Assembly: GCA_049294275.1 (NCBI GenBank)
Contig: JBAQCQ010000050.1
Coordinates: 7,729 to 71,728 of the forward strand
Direction: 5' to 3'
DNA: 64,000 bases
Source: Bacteroidales bacterium
Lineage (GTDB): Bacteria; Bacteroidota; Bacteroidia; Bacteroidales; VadinHA17
Shown: positions 30,123-39,729 of the stretch, one piece after another
Position numbering within the stretch: position 1 is the first letter of the stretch
How the letters are laid out: each line of letters begins with the position of its first letter
Position numbers and translations under genes: made by a program
The notes under the pieces: model-generated
Databases searched by the model: none
Told to the model about the DNA's origin: nothing
The model's input: only the letters and a program-made list of their open reading frames with translations

Positions 30123-32600
30123 ATGATATATCCCGACACATACGAGCTGAAGATCGGATTCGACCGGATAAGAGAGCACCTGAACTCTGCCTGCCTCAGT
30201 CCGGCCGGAATAAGGAGGGTGGAGGCCATGCAGGTCTCATTCTCGGTTGATGAGGTAAAAAAACGCCTCTCGGTGACCTCGGAGTTTCAACAGATCCTCT
30301 CATACAGCGACCAATTTCCGTCAGACAACTTCAATGACCCCCAGGCAATGCTGGCGAAGCTTCGCATTGAGGGCACCTTCCCCGAACCGGAGGAGGTGGT
30401 GGCGCTCAGGGGTGCCCTTGACACAATCAGGCGCATCATAGGATTCTTTAAGAACAGGAAGGATGGCCGCTATCCCTTGCTGACTGAAATGGCCATGGAG
30501 GTGGTTTATTATCCGTTTGTTACGGAAGCCATTGACCGGATCATTGATAAGGAGGGGAAAGTGCGCGATAGCGCCTCCCCGGCACTCAAGACCATTCGTT
30601 CCGACCTTGCATCAAAGAGCCTGGCGGCCGTGAGAAAGCTCCATTCAGTGCTGAGACAGGCCCAGGCTGACGGCATTGTCGACCGCGACGTCACCGTGGC
30701 GGTGCGCAACGGCAGGGGAGTGATCCCGGTAACCGCCCCGAACAAGCGCGGTATAAAAGGCTTCGTGCATGACGAATCAGCCACCGGAAAGACAGTCTTC
30801 ATAGAGCCCGCGGAGGTGGTGGAACTGAACAATGAAATCACAGAGCTTGAACACCAGGAGAAACGTGAGATAGTACGGATACTGACAGCACTGGCTGATA
30901 CGATAAGACCCTATATTGACGGCCTGGAAACCAACCTGGCATTCCTGGCTGAGATCGATTTCATCAGGGCCAAGGCGCAGTTCGGACTTAGACTGCACAG
31001 CATAATGCCGGCTGTTACCGGCAGTCCGCACATCCGCTGGATCAATGCACGACATCCGCTGCTGACACTCTCATTCGCCCGTACCACCGGAAGAGAAGTG
31101 GTGCCGCTGACAATAACAATTGACAGCAGGGACCGCATCCTGGTCATCTCCGGACCCAACGCCGGGGGCAAATCGGTCTGCCTTAAAACAGTGGCACTGA
31201 TACAGTATATGCTTCAGTGCGGCATGACCATCCCCGTTGCTGAAGGCACGGAGACAGGCATCTTCGGCAAATTCTTCATAGATATTGGCGACGAGCAGAG
31301 CATAGAGAATGACCTCAGCACCTACAGCTCGCACCTGATCAGCATGAAATGGATGCTGAAACATGCCGACCACAGTTCCCTTGTGATGATTGATGAGTTC
31401 GGCACAGGGACGGAGCCTGTATTGGGAGGGGCGCTGGCCGAAGCTATCCTTGCCGAACTGAACAATCGCGGGGCATACGGGGTGATAACCACACACTATA
31501 CCAACCTGAAGCACTTTGCAACCTCGCAGGAGGGCATCAGCAACGGAGCCATGGCTTTCGACAACCAGCTGTTGCAGCCTCTCTTCAGGCTCGACCAGGG
31601 TAAACCGGGAAGTTCGTTCGCCTTTGAAATAGCAAAGAAGATAGGCCTGCCCAATGAGATACTTGCCGATGCTGCAGCCAGGGCAGGAGAGGGTAATGTT
31701 GATTTTGACCGCAATTTAAGGGAGATAGCACGTGACAAACGCTACTGGGAAAAGAAGAGGGAGACGGTACGGCGCCATGAGAAGAGGCTTGAGGAACTGA
31801 TAACCACTTACGAAGCACAGCTGGGTGATATTAAGACACAGAAGAAGGAGATCATCGGACAGGCAAGGAACATGGCGGAAGAGATGCTGCGTGACACCAA
31901 CCGGATGATCGAAAATACAATACGAACCATCAGGGAGGCACAGGCGGAGAAAGAGACGACCAAAGAAGTGCGTGAGGAGCTTGACAGCTTCCGCGAACAA
32001 CTGGCCAGGGAGGAGAAGCCTCAGGAGTTACCTGTGGTCGCACCGCCGCTGAAGGATACACCCGCCGCAAGCATCGTCAAACGCATTGCCCGGAAAAAGG
32101 AACCGGAACCGGTGGTGAAGAAGAAACCGGGCAGGCTGGCCCCCGGCGACTATGTAAGAATAACCGGAACAGACACAGTGGGTGAGGTGACGGAAATAAG
32201 AGGCAGGAAGCTCCGGATAGTCTCGGGCAGTCTTAAAATGAGTATTGACATCTCTAAAACTGAGCCGGTGGATACTGCCGGATACCGGAAGGAGCTTTCA
32301 GCGAACCGCCCGCAACCAAAGATCGACTGGTCGCTCAACACGAAACGGAACCAGTTCAATCCTGAGATTGACGTGAGAGGCATGCGCACCGAAGAGGCAC
32401 TGCGCATTGTGCAGGAGTTCATCGATACGGCCCTGATGATACAGTTCAGGAGCCTGCGCATCCTTCACGGCAAGGGTAACGGAATATTAAGGCAGATGAT
32501 AAGACAGTACCTCGCCTCCACCGGGGCGGTGCGCAGCGTCGCCGACGAGCATGTCGACCGTGGCGGCGCCGGCATAACCCTCGTGGAGCTGGATCTGTGA
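30123..32600 (+). CDS. mutS2: Endonuclease MutS2 (MutS domain V + Smr)
   Basis: 825 aa with Walker A GPNAGGKS, DEFGTGTEP, a coiled-coil linker and a C-terminal Smr domain (IDVRGMRTEEAL...LHGKGNGILR). Confidence 0.93.
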   Translation: MIYPDTYELKIGFDRIREHLNSACLSPAGIRRVEAMQVSFSVDEVKKRLSVTSEFQQILSYSDQFPSDNFNDPQAMLAKLRIEGTFPEPEEVVALRGALDTIRRIIGFFKNRKDGRYPLLTEMAMEVVYYPFVTEAIDRIIDKEGKVRDSASPALKTIRSDLASKSLAAVRKLHSVLRQAQADGIVDRDVTVAVRNGRGVIPVTAPNKRGIKGFVHDESATGKTVFIEPAEVVELNNEITELEHQEKREIVRILTALADTIRPYIDGLETNLAFLAEIDFIRAKAQFGLRLHSIMPAVTGSPHIRWINARHPLLTLSFARTTGREVVPLTITIDSRDRILVISGPNAGGKSVCLKTVALIQYMLQCGMTIPVAEGTETGIFGKFFIDIGDEQSIENDLSTYSSHLISMKWMLKHADHSSLVMIDEFGTGTEPVLGGALAEAILAELNNRGAYGVITTHYTNLKHFATSQEGISNGAMAFDNQLLQPLFRLDQGKPGSSFAFEIAKKIGLPNEILADAAARAGEGNVDFDRNLREIARDKRYWEKKRETVRRHEKRLEELITTYEAQLGDIKTQKKEIIGQARNMAEEMLRDTNRMIENTIRTIREAQAEKETTKEVREELDSFREQLAREEKPQELPVVAPPLKDTPAASIVKRIARKKEPEPVVKKKPGRLAPGDYVRITGTDTVGEVTEIRGRKLRIVSGSLKMSIDISKTEPVDTAGYRKELSANRPQPKIDWSLNTKRNQFNPEIDVRGMRTEEALRIVQEFIDTALMIQFRSLRILHGKGNGILRQMIRQYLASTGAVRSVADEHVDRGGAGITLVELDL

Positions 32601-32677
32601 CACCATACCGGTAAGGAGTGGTAATTTTCATCCCTTCCCGGGAAAATATAGCCTATACTTGCAAAAATATACAGAAG

Positions 32678-34609
32678 ATGATGAAAAGAATTACACTTTC
32701 ACTGTTACTTATGGCCGCCATCATTCCGGCTGGCTCACAGACAAATGATTTCTACGATGACGCGCCCACAGCAAAACTTAAGGGCAGTACGAAAATTCTT
32801 GTCACCGGCGAGGTGCAGAATGAGATGACCGTCGACATCACCCGGCTGCCGAAACACAGCATCACCGTCAAGGAGACAACCCTCACTGACGGAAAGGTGC
32901 GCTTCACCGGTGCATACCGCTACGACGGTTACTCGGTCTATGATATTCTTGACAGGGTAGTTCTGAAGAAAAAGAACGAGGCTGAATTTCCCCCGATTAT
33001 TGACCTCTGTGTGGAAATCACCAATGACAGGGGTGAGAGTGTCACCTTCTCGTGGGGAGAGATTTACTACCCGGTCAACCGTCACCGGTTACTGATCGCC
33101 ACCTCGGTGGCACGCATTGTGCCGTCGAAGGCCAAAGACCTATGGCCATTGCCGCTGGAGACAAAAATTATCGCGGGCAATGACCTGGTCACGGCCAGGA
33201 ATATAAGTAACCCGGTGAAGATCACCGTAAAATCGCTTGACAGCAAATACACCATCAATAAGAATATCACTCCGTTGTTCTCAGAGACAATGAAGATATG
33301 CGTCAACGGGAAGCAGCGGAGCGTAATGACACAGCTGCCGGAGAGCGTGGTCAATGAAACATTCCGTACGGTGTTCTACGGCAGGGGTATGGGTATCCAT
33401 GGAACAACGCCTTTTACAGGAGGCAGGCTCTCTGATCTGCTGACGGATTACTACCGGTCAACTGCTGACGCACTGCGCAACGGGATTGTTGTCATTGCCG
33501 GTGTTGACGGTTACCGTGCGGCTTTCACACTCAGTGAGATAGCGAACCGCAATGACCAGCAGGAGGTATTGATCATCGACAGTGATAATTACGAGGGAGC
33601 AGGCCGCTTCTCGCTCTTCCCTGCAGGCGACTTCTTCTCTGACCGGGCCATCAAGGCGATTATGGAGATTGATCTGCTTCTGCCAAAGACCGGATCGCAA
33701 TGGGCGATCGTCGTCCACGGCGGCGCCGGTACAATCACCCGTGCCCGCATGACGCCTGAAGTAGAAGCAGAGTACCGTAACATGATGAAGGCGGTGATTG
33801 ATACCGGCGCAGCCATCCTGGCTTCCGGCGGCTCGGCCCTAGACGCCATCGAACGTACCATCAGGCTCATGGAGGACTCCCCGCTCTTCAACGCCGGGAA
33901 AGGCGCCGTCTTCACCCATGAAGGCCGCAATGAGCTTGACGCCTCCATCATGGACGGCAGTGACCTCGCTGCCGGCGCCGTGGCCGGCGTGACCGACATA
34001 CGCAACCCCATCACCGCCGCACGCACGGTAATGGAGAAATCGCCGCACGTGATGCTGACCGGCAGGGGAGCCTCGGAGTTCGCGGCAGAGAAGGGACTCG
34101 AGATAGTCGACCCCTCATATTTCCGCGATGAGAGAAGATACAATGAACTGCAGAGGGCACTGAACAATGAAAAGCACGGCACGGTGGGCTGCGTGGCGCT
34201 CGACATGAACGGCGACCTGGCCGCAGGAACCTCCACCGGAGGGATGACCAATAAACGCTACAATAGGGTGGGCGACGCCCCGGTGATAGGCGCCGGCACC
34301 TATGCCAACAACGCCACATGCGCCGTTTCTGCCACAGGCCACGGAGAATATTTTATCAGGTATACCGTAGCCCATGACATCTCGGCGCTGATGGAATACA
34401 GGGGATTATCCCTGGATGAAGCTGCCAGGGAGGTCATCATGGAAAAACTGGTCACGGCAGGCGGTACAGGTGGCGTCATAGCCCTTGACAGGAAGGGTAA
34501 TGTAAGTATGCCATTCAACACCGAGGGGATGTACCGGGGGTTTAAAACCTCAGGGGGCGGGAGCGGAGTATATATATTCTCGGATGAGCCGGATAAACTG
34601 ACTCCGTAA
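32678..34609 (+). CDS. Secreted fusion protein: duplicated unknown N-terminal module plus C-terminal isoaspartyl peptidase/L-asparaginase (Ntn hydrolase)
   Basis: I place the start at ATG 32678 (MMKRITLSLLLMAAIIPAGSQ signal peptide). From about 33695 the C-terminal half reads WAIVVHGGAG...FNAGKGAVF...HGTVGCVALD...GTSTGGM...GAGTYA, the plant-type asparaginase/IaaA signature including the autoprocessing GT site. Confidence 0.85.
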   Translation: MMKRITLSLLLMAAIIPAGSQTNDFYDDAPTAKLKGSTKILVTGEVQNEMTVDITRLPKHSITVKETTLTDGKVRFTGAYRYDGYSVYDILDRVVLKKKNEAEFPPIIDLCVEITNDRGESVTFSWGEIYYPVNRHRLLIATSVARIVPSKAKDLWPLPLETKIIAGNDLVTARNISNPVKITVKSLDSKYTINKNITPLFSETMKICVNGKQRSVMTQLPESVVNETFRTVFYGRGMGIHGTTPFTGGRLSDLLTDYYRSTADALRNGIVVIAGVDGYRAAFTLSEIANRNDQQEVLIIDSDNYEGAGRFSLFPAGDFFSDRAIKAIMEIDLLLPKTGSQWAIVVHGGAGTITRARMTPEVEAEYRNMMKAVIDTGAAILASGGSALDAIERTIRLMEDSPLFNAGKGAVFTHEGRNELDASIMDGSDLAAGAVAGVTDIRNPITAARTVMEKSPHVMLTGRGASEFAAEKGLEIVDPSYFRDERRYNELQRALNNEKHGTVGCVALDMNGDLAAGTSTGGMTNKRYNRVGDAPVIGAGTYANNATCAVSATGHGEYFIRYTVAHDISALMEYRGLSLDEAAREVIMEKLVTAGGTGGVIALDRKGNVSMPFNTEGMYRGFKTSGGGSGVYIFSDEPDKLTP

Positions 34610-34655
34610 CTGACAGCCATTAATTCACTCTGATGCCGCCGGGTGCTGAACTGCA

Positions 34656-34689
34656 CAAAAAACGCGGCGCCCTGTCCCTGGCGCCGCGT
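34656..34689 (-). terminator. Rho-independent terminator downstream of the DUF4097 gene
   Basis: A GC-rich stem of 10 bp (acgcggcgcc/ggcgccgcgt) with an 8-nt loop. On the minus strand a T-run follows (plus-strand A-run 34657-34662). Confidence 0.7.
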
Positions 34690-34715
34690 CAATTGAGTAA
34701 AGAAACACAAGTCGT

Positions 34716-35798
34716 TTAATTGAGTCTTACTGACCCGTATGAAGCAGTAACTTTTACCATAGATGTCGGATTGCTGCATTTGCCCACCTTGCCTGCCATC
34801 TCCGATGAGGTGTTGCCCACAATCCGCTTGTCAGGCGAGAAGCTGGTATCATCCACCTTTAGACTTCCGTATGAAGTTGTTGCCTCAAGCATGTAGCAGG
34901 CAGCAGGATCAATACCCAGCCTCACCGCGCAGTAACCGGCCTTGACAGTGATCTTTTCAAACCCGGCAGGGACCCTCTCAACCGCAAGATTCCCGTATTT
35001 GGTCTCAACCTCGAGCTTCCTGTTCACTTTCTTGAAGTTGAGATCAGTGTATCCCCCCATCAGGACTATGTTATTGGCATTTGTAACGATGTATCCGTCA
35101 TATTTGCTGTCGGCTACCAGCGAGCTGACCTCTTCAACCGAGATCTTCGAGTACCTGCTGTCTACCAGCAGGGCTGTAGCTCTCCGGACGCTGAACATGC
35201 CGCAGTAGCGGGCGTTGATCTCCGCCCAGCCAAGCTCATCGACGGTTGCCTTGCCGTATGCAACTGCCAGGCTGTTGATAGGCTTGACATTACCTCTCGA
35301 GAGCTTGCCAACAGTCAGGTCGCCATACTTCACCTCGAGGTGGGTAAGGCCTGAGACCTCATCCACCACAGTGTTGCCGTACCTGTTGGAGATGTCAAGG
35401 TTGACCCGGGCGGGCATTTTGATATTGTAATTAATGCTGAAACTGTGGTTCGATCCCTTCCAGCTTATCGACGAGAAATCGGAACTGAATACTGTCTCGG
35501 CTGTCAGGTTTCCTCCCTCTTCGGTGAATTTCACCGTAATCATATCAAGGAGTTTCCTGGCCCTGTCGGCTGAAGGATGCTCGACCTTTACCGTAACGTT
35601 GACAACAATTCTGTTCTGGTCCCATGTCTCTGTTACCACGGCGCCAAACTTATTGATAACCTTGAGCGTCGAGTTGTCGGTTGGTACCATCTCTCTCTGA
35701 AAATCCTTCTTAACCTCTTCGGCAGAGGCTGTGAGGGTGACTGCGCACAACAATGCTGCGAACAGTGCCACCCTGCGGTTAGATAACGACTTTTTCAT
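34716..35798 (-). CDS. DUF4097-like beta-strand-repeat protein (putative adhesin fold), secreted
   Basis: 360 aa with a signal peptide and repetitive beta-strand segments (…YGNTVVDEV…KYGDLTVGKL…KYGNLAVERV…SYGSLKVDD…SYGSVRL). It is the third gene of the ECF sigma module. Confidence 0.65.
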   Translation of the reverse strand: MKKSLSNRRVALFAALLCAVTLTASAEEVKKDFQREMVPTDNSTLKVINKFGAVVTETWDQNRIVVNVTVKVEHPSADRARKLLDMITVKFTEEGGNLTAETVFSSDFSSISWKGSNHSFSINYNIKMPARVNLDISNRYGNTVVDEVSGLTHLEVKYGDLTVGKLSRGNVKPINSLAVAYGKATVDELGWAEINARYCGMFSVRRATALLVDSRYSKISVEEVSSLVADSKYDGYIVTNANNIVLMGGYTDLNFKKVNRKLEVETKYGNLAVERVPAGFEKITVKAGYCAVRLGIDPAACYMLEATTSYGSLKVDDTSFSPDKRIVGNTSSEMAGKVGKCSNPTSMVKVTASYGSVRLN

Positions 35799-36342
35799 GG
35801 CTGACTGGGTTTTCGGTTTCTGCTTTTATCTGTCTGAGCTGGTCAAGTATGTAGGTCATTACTTCCAGCTTGGTCTGGTAATGCTTTATCATAGCGTCGA
35901 TGATACGCTGGTCATTGGGGTTGGCTTTGAGTTCCTTCTGCAGTTCCACATAGACCGAATCCATTGACGCCATCTCACTCATTAGGGCTTCCTTCTGCCC
36001 GGGGTTCGAGAGGTCGAGAGATGTAAACTCATTTTCCATGAAACTTACCTGGGTCACGTAGTAATTTTCCACCTCGCGGTATTCAGGTGAAACTTCACTG
36101 AGTGTCATCGTCTTTCTCAGGTTCGGCCTCACAAAGTGGTCAAAGGTCCACAGTGATGAGAGGGTCACCAGCAGGGTCACCACAGCTGCCTTGAGCAGGT
36201 ATGGAAGGATACTCCGCTTGGCTTTGCCGGCATGCAGCCTGGTGGCAAGCTTGAAGCTGAATCTCTCGAAATGCCCTTCAACCGGCTCCCTGTCGTCAAA
36301 TTCGCCTCTTTCTCTTTTGATTAGTTCTTCAAGTGTATTCAT
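35779..36342 (-). CDS. Putative anti-sigma factor (single-pass membrane protein)
   Basis: 187 aa with one TM segment (ILPYLLKAAVVTLLVTLSSLW). Its start abuts the sigma-factor stop and it overlaps the DUF4097 gene by 20 nt. The call rests on context. Confidence 0.5.
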   Translation of the reverse strand: MNTLEELIKRERGEFDDREPVEGHFERFSFKLATRLHAGKAKRSILPYLLKAAVVTLLVTLSSLWTFDHFVRPNLRKTMTLSEVSPEYREVENYYVTQVSFMENEFTSLDLSNPGQKEALMSEMASMDSVYVELQKELKANPNDQRIIDAMIKHYQTKLEVMTYILDQLRQIKAETENPVSHEKVVI

Positions 36343-36914
36343 TATTCGTATTTTTTCCTGTTTTTAAGTTCACCCGCCAGCTTCTGCTTTGCCCTCGACA
36401 GTTGTGACCGCGAGGTGCTGCTTGAGATGTGGAGCATCTCTGCTATCTCGTCATGGTCATAACCCTCGATGAGATAGAGAGAGAGTATCACGCGGTATCC
36501 TTCCGGAAGCCTTTCAATGGCAGCTTTCACCTCTTCAACCTTTTCCTCCAGTTCCTCCTTATAGGCAGCGTCATCGTTGCTGTCGTCGGGGATCCCGGCG
36601 TGATTGTCAATGTCTTCAAAGATCGCCTTCCTTTTTCCCAGGGCGTCGAGTGATCTGTTGACCACTATTTTCTTCAGCCATGCACCGAAGCTGACGGTAC
36701 CCGAGTAGGTGTTTATCTTTTCGAAAGCCGAGAGGAACGCTTCCTGCATCACATCTTCAGCTTCCATGTCATCGTTCACGATACGCAGGCTTGTGTTGAA
36801 CATCGCCTTGTAATAGAGCTTATAAACCTGGAACTGCGCCTTCTGGTCTCCTTCACGACACCCGTCGATCAGGTTCTGATGGATGTTCCTGAATGCTGCT
36901 TCAACATTTTCCAT
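36342..36914 (-). CDS. ECF-type RNA polymerase sigma-70 family factor
   Basis: Region 2 (DVMQEAFLSAF) and region 4 (GYDHDEIAEMLHISSSTSRSQLSRAK) are present. I prefer ATG 36914 (MENVEAAF...) over the track GTG start at 36959. Confidence 0.88.
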   Translation of the reverse strand: MENVEAAFRNIHQNLIDGCREGDQKAQFQVYKLYYKAMFNTSLRIVNDDMEAEDVMQEAFLSAFEKINTYSGTVSFGAWLKKIVVNRSLDALGKRKAIFEDIDNHAGIPDDSNDDAAYKEELEEKVEEVKAAIERLPEGYRVILSLYLIEGYDHDEIAEMLHISSSTSRSQLSRAKQKLAGELKNRKKYE

Positions 36915-37049
36915 CTTTAATACAAGATCTGGTTTAAGTATGTTTGACGCTGCACCCACGTATCTGAACTCTTCAATTCAATGACGGGGACTGCATGCAA
37001 ATGCTGCATCCAAGGTAAAGAAAAGCTGTAAGAGGATAAAAAATATTTT

Positions 37050-37856
37050 TCAGCCCTGTGTAACCGCCCCGGTGGCATAGTCAAGTTCCGACCCGAAGAG
37101 GCTGTGGGGAATGGAATAAACCAGCAGCAGGATGATGGCTGCAGCTATGGTATAACCGGGACTCGGGCGCTTTCTGTTCATTACCACTGCCACTATCCAT
37201 GCTATAACGGCAATAAGCGTTTTGTTGTCGGTAAGATCCCATCCGAAGGGAATGCCGGTCCATAATTCCCCGAAGGCAAATTTCTGAACCAGGGGGCCGA
37301 GAATCATACCTCCGGCAAGCAGCAGCCAGAGAGCCCACTGGCCGTAACTCTTCTGTTCGGTGCGGCCGGCAGCCGCCGTGATACCCGCAAGGTTCGAAAG
37401 AAGCATGGCAAAAAACATTATCAGGATATGGGGAATCATTATCACGGCGGGAACATTGCCCTTGAACCTGATTACAACCGGCTGTTCGCGCGCTATCACA
37501 ACCTGGCTGCCCGTGGGTGTCGAAAGTACTATGTAATATTCCAGTTTGCCGGCAGCAGGCTGGGAGGGAAGCTCACCGGCGAGAACGGTCCCGTCATGCT
37601 TCATGGAGACTGCTGTCCACTCTTCATTGACCCTGAACTTTTTGAAGAACAGGTCACCCCTGACATCAGCAGGCAACTCAAGTTTGATCATGCAGGGGCG
37701 GGTGTTGGTCTGGCTTCTGCTGAGTCTGAGTGGGTATTCGGTGCCGTCAATCACGGCGTCAACCCGCTTTGGGTATGTCGGACCTGTTGTTCTCTGGTAC
37801 ATTGCGGCCGCAATTGTAATGAGAACGGCTATGGTCCAGAAGAGAAATTTTTTCAT
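37050..37856 (-). CDS. Hypothetical membrane protein (N-terminal anchor, about 120-aa extracytoplasmic domain, 4-5 C-terminal TM helices)
   Basis: 268-aa ORF lying 18 nt downstream of the M28/PDZ peptidase gene. The hydrophobic-segment pattern is read from the translation. I recognise no family. Confidence 0.55.
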   Translation of the reverse strand: MKKFLFWTIAVLITIAAAMYQRTTGPTYPKRVDAVIDGTEYPLRLSRSQTNTRPCMIKLELPADVRGDLFFKKFRVNEEWTAVSMKHDGTVLAGELPSQPAAGKLEYYIVLSTPTGSQVVIAREQPVVIRFKGNVPAVIMIPHILIMFFAMLLSNLAGITAAAGRTEQKSYGQWALWLLLAGGMILGPLVQKFAFGELWTGIPFGWDLTDNKTLIAVIAWIVAVVMNRKRPSPGYTIAAAIILLLVYSIPHSLFGSELDYATGAVTQG

Positions 37857-37874
37857 ATCGGCTGAATTTTCTTT

Positions 37875-39641
37875 TTACAACTTAATTAGCAGCAACTCTG
37901 ATTTCCCGTCGCGGATGACCTCCACCGTGACTGTCTGGCCCGGTTTAAGCTGGCTGAGCCTGAACATGTAGTCCTCAATATTATTCACAGGCTTTTCCTC
38001 TATGGCCGCGATTATATCACCCTTCACCATTCCGCCCAGTGCTGCGGGTTTGCCAGGGGTTACAAAATCGGCCCTGAGGCCGTTCTTTACATTTCCTGCG
38101 AAGTCAGGCATGATCCCGAGTGTCACTCCGCGCCTGCGGCTCATCGACTGCACGGGCCCCTTCGGTCCGGCTTGCGTGAAGGCCAGCCTCTCCGTCTCGC
38201 CGGCAGCGCTGCTCATTATATCGTACAGCAGGTCACCTATCCTTACCATCCCCTCATAATTGAGCTTGTCCCATGTGTCTGCGGGAGTGTGATAGTCGAG
38301 ATGGGCACCGGTGGTGAAGACAAGCACCGGTATATCCTTCGCGTAGAACGAGGAGTGGTCAGATGGTCCGTAACCTTCGTCGGTAAAACTGAGACTGAGG
38401 AGCGTGGAGTCATTAAAGGATGCAACCTTATCACGCAATCCTGATGCGGTGCCCACACCACCTACCTGCAGCCCGTTACCCTCCTTTAGCCGGCCGACCA
38501 TGTCCAGATTTACCATCAGGTTGACTGCCGCGGGATCAATGCCCATATTATCAACAAAGTATTTGGAGCCAAGCAGTCCCATCTCCTCACCTGAGAAGGC
38601 AACAAAGAGCATATTGCGGACAGGTCCCTCTTTCACTGCAGCAAGTCTTTCGGCCAGTTCAATCATCAGGGCTACTCCTGATGCATTGTCATCGGCTCCG
38701 TAATGAACGGCAACCGTATCCGGATTCCTGCTTCCCGAACCGGGCCCCCCCGTTCCAAGATGATCATAATGCGCTCCTATGATGACGTATTCAGAAGATG
38801 GTTGTTCTGCATCAATCTTCATGACCACGTTGGCAGTGGCGGCCTTCCTTGCAATCACTTCAGCCTCAGCTTCAGCAACGGAACCGGTAATGAAACTGCC
38901 TGTCATGGTCATCGCCTCAGCTCTGTTTTCCATTTCAGCCAGAGAGAAGCCTGAAGGTTTCAGTATTGAATCAGCTACGCTTCGCCTGATCTGAAGCACA
39001 GGAATACCCGCGCTTCCCTCGTTGCGGGAGGGCCTCTCAAGATTATCCGCCGGATCCCACTTCTCTCCCGAAACAAGAAGTACACCTGTAGCACCGTTTT
39101 CCCTGGCGTTGAGCACCTTAATCCGGTCAGAGCTTATTTCGGCATATGCCTTTGCAGCCGGATTTGATTCGGGGTAACCCCTGAGCATCAGAACCCATTT
39201 GCCCCTGATGTCAATGCCCTTGAAATCATTCCATTTAAGTGAGTCGGCCTGCGACATGAAACCGTATCCGCAAAATGCAACCGGGGCATTCAGGGCACTG
39301 TTTGAGGTGAGAGCCAGCGGTGCAAAGTCAGTCTGAGGCAGATATTTTCTGTCGTTTACCACCAGCATGTTCCGTTCACCGGTTTCAACTTTGGTATTGA
39401 CGGTAAACGACTGCAGTCCGGTACCATTGAACGGAACCAGTCCAGCTTTGATGAGTTCATCCCTGATGAAAATTGCTGCAAGGGAATCCCCGCCTGTTCC
39501 GGTTCCCCTGCCGGCAAACCCTTCTGAGGCAAGCCGCTCTGTGATTGATGTCAGTTCATCCGGTGTAACATAAGCGAGTCGCCTGGTGCCTGCGCATGCA
39601 TTCAGGACAATAACGGCACATATTATCACAAGTAATCTCAT
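37875..39641 (-). CDS. M28-family peptidase lipoprotein with PA domain and C-terminal PDZ domain
   Basis: I place the start at ATG 39641 (MRLLVIICAVIVLNAC lipobox). M28 zinc motifs IIGAHYDHLG, GADDNASG and FSGEEMGLLGS are present. The C-terminal PDZ-like segment is GLRADFVTPGKPAALGGMVKGDIIAAIEEKPV...VTVEVIRDGK. Confidence 0.8.
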   Translation of the reverse strand: MRLLVIICAVIVLNACAGTRRLAYVTPDELTSITERLASEGFAGRGTGTGGDSLAAIFIRDELIKAGLVPFNGTGLQSFTVNTKVETGERNMLVVNDRKYLPQTDFAPLALTSNSALNAPVAFCGYGFMSQADSLKWNDFKGIDIRGKWVLMLRGYPESNPAAKAYAEISSDRIKVLNARENGATGVLLVSGEKWDPADNLERPSRNEGSAGIPVLQIRRSVADSILKPSGFSLAEMENRAEAMTMTGSFITGSVAEAEAEVIARKAATANVVMKIDAEQPSSEYVIIGAHYDHLGTGGPGSGSRNPDTVAVHYGADDNASGVALMIELAERLAAVKEGPVRNMLFVAFSGEEMGLLGSKYFVDNMGIDPAAVNLMVNLDMVGRLKEGNGLQVGGVGTASGLRDKVASFNDSTLLSLSFTDEGYGPSDHSSFYAKDIPVLVFTTGAHLDYHTPADTWDKLNYEGMVRIGDLLYDIMSSAAGETERLAFTQAGPKGPVQSMSRRRGVTLGIMPDFAGNVKNGLRADFVTPGKPAALGGMVKGDIIAAIEEKPVNNIEDYMFRLSQLKPGQTVTVEVIRDGKSELLLIKL

Positions 39642-39660
39642 AATCCAGTTTAAGTGCCGG

Positions 39661-39668
39661 CAAAAATA
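39661..39668 (-). promoter_or_regulatory. Candidate -7 promoter box (TAnnTTTG on the minus strand) for the M28/PDZ peptidase
   Basis: Plus-strand caaaaata is tatttttg on the minus strand. It lies 19 nt upstream of ATG 39641 and inside the track's N-terminal extension (start 39716). Confidence 0.4.
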
Positions 39669-39729
39669 GCAATCTTTTACAACCGGAACAGTATCATATA
39701 TACAATACTCCGTCACGGGGAGGGTGACC

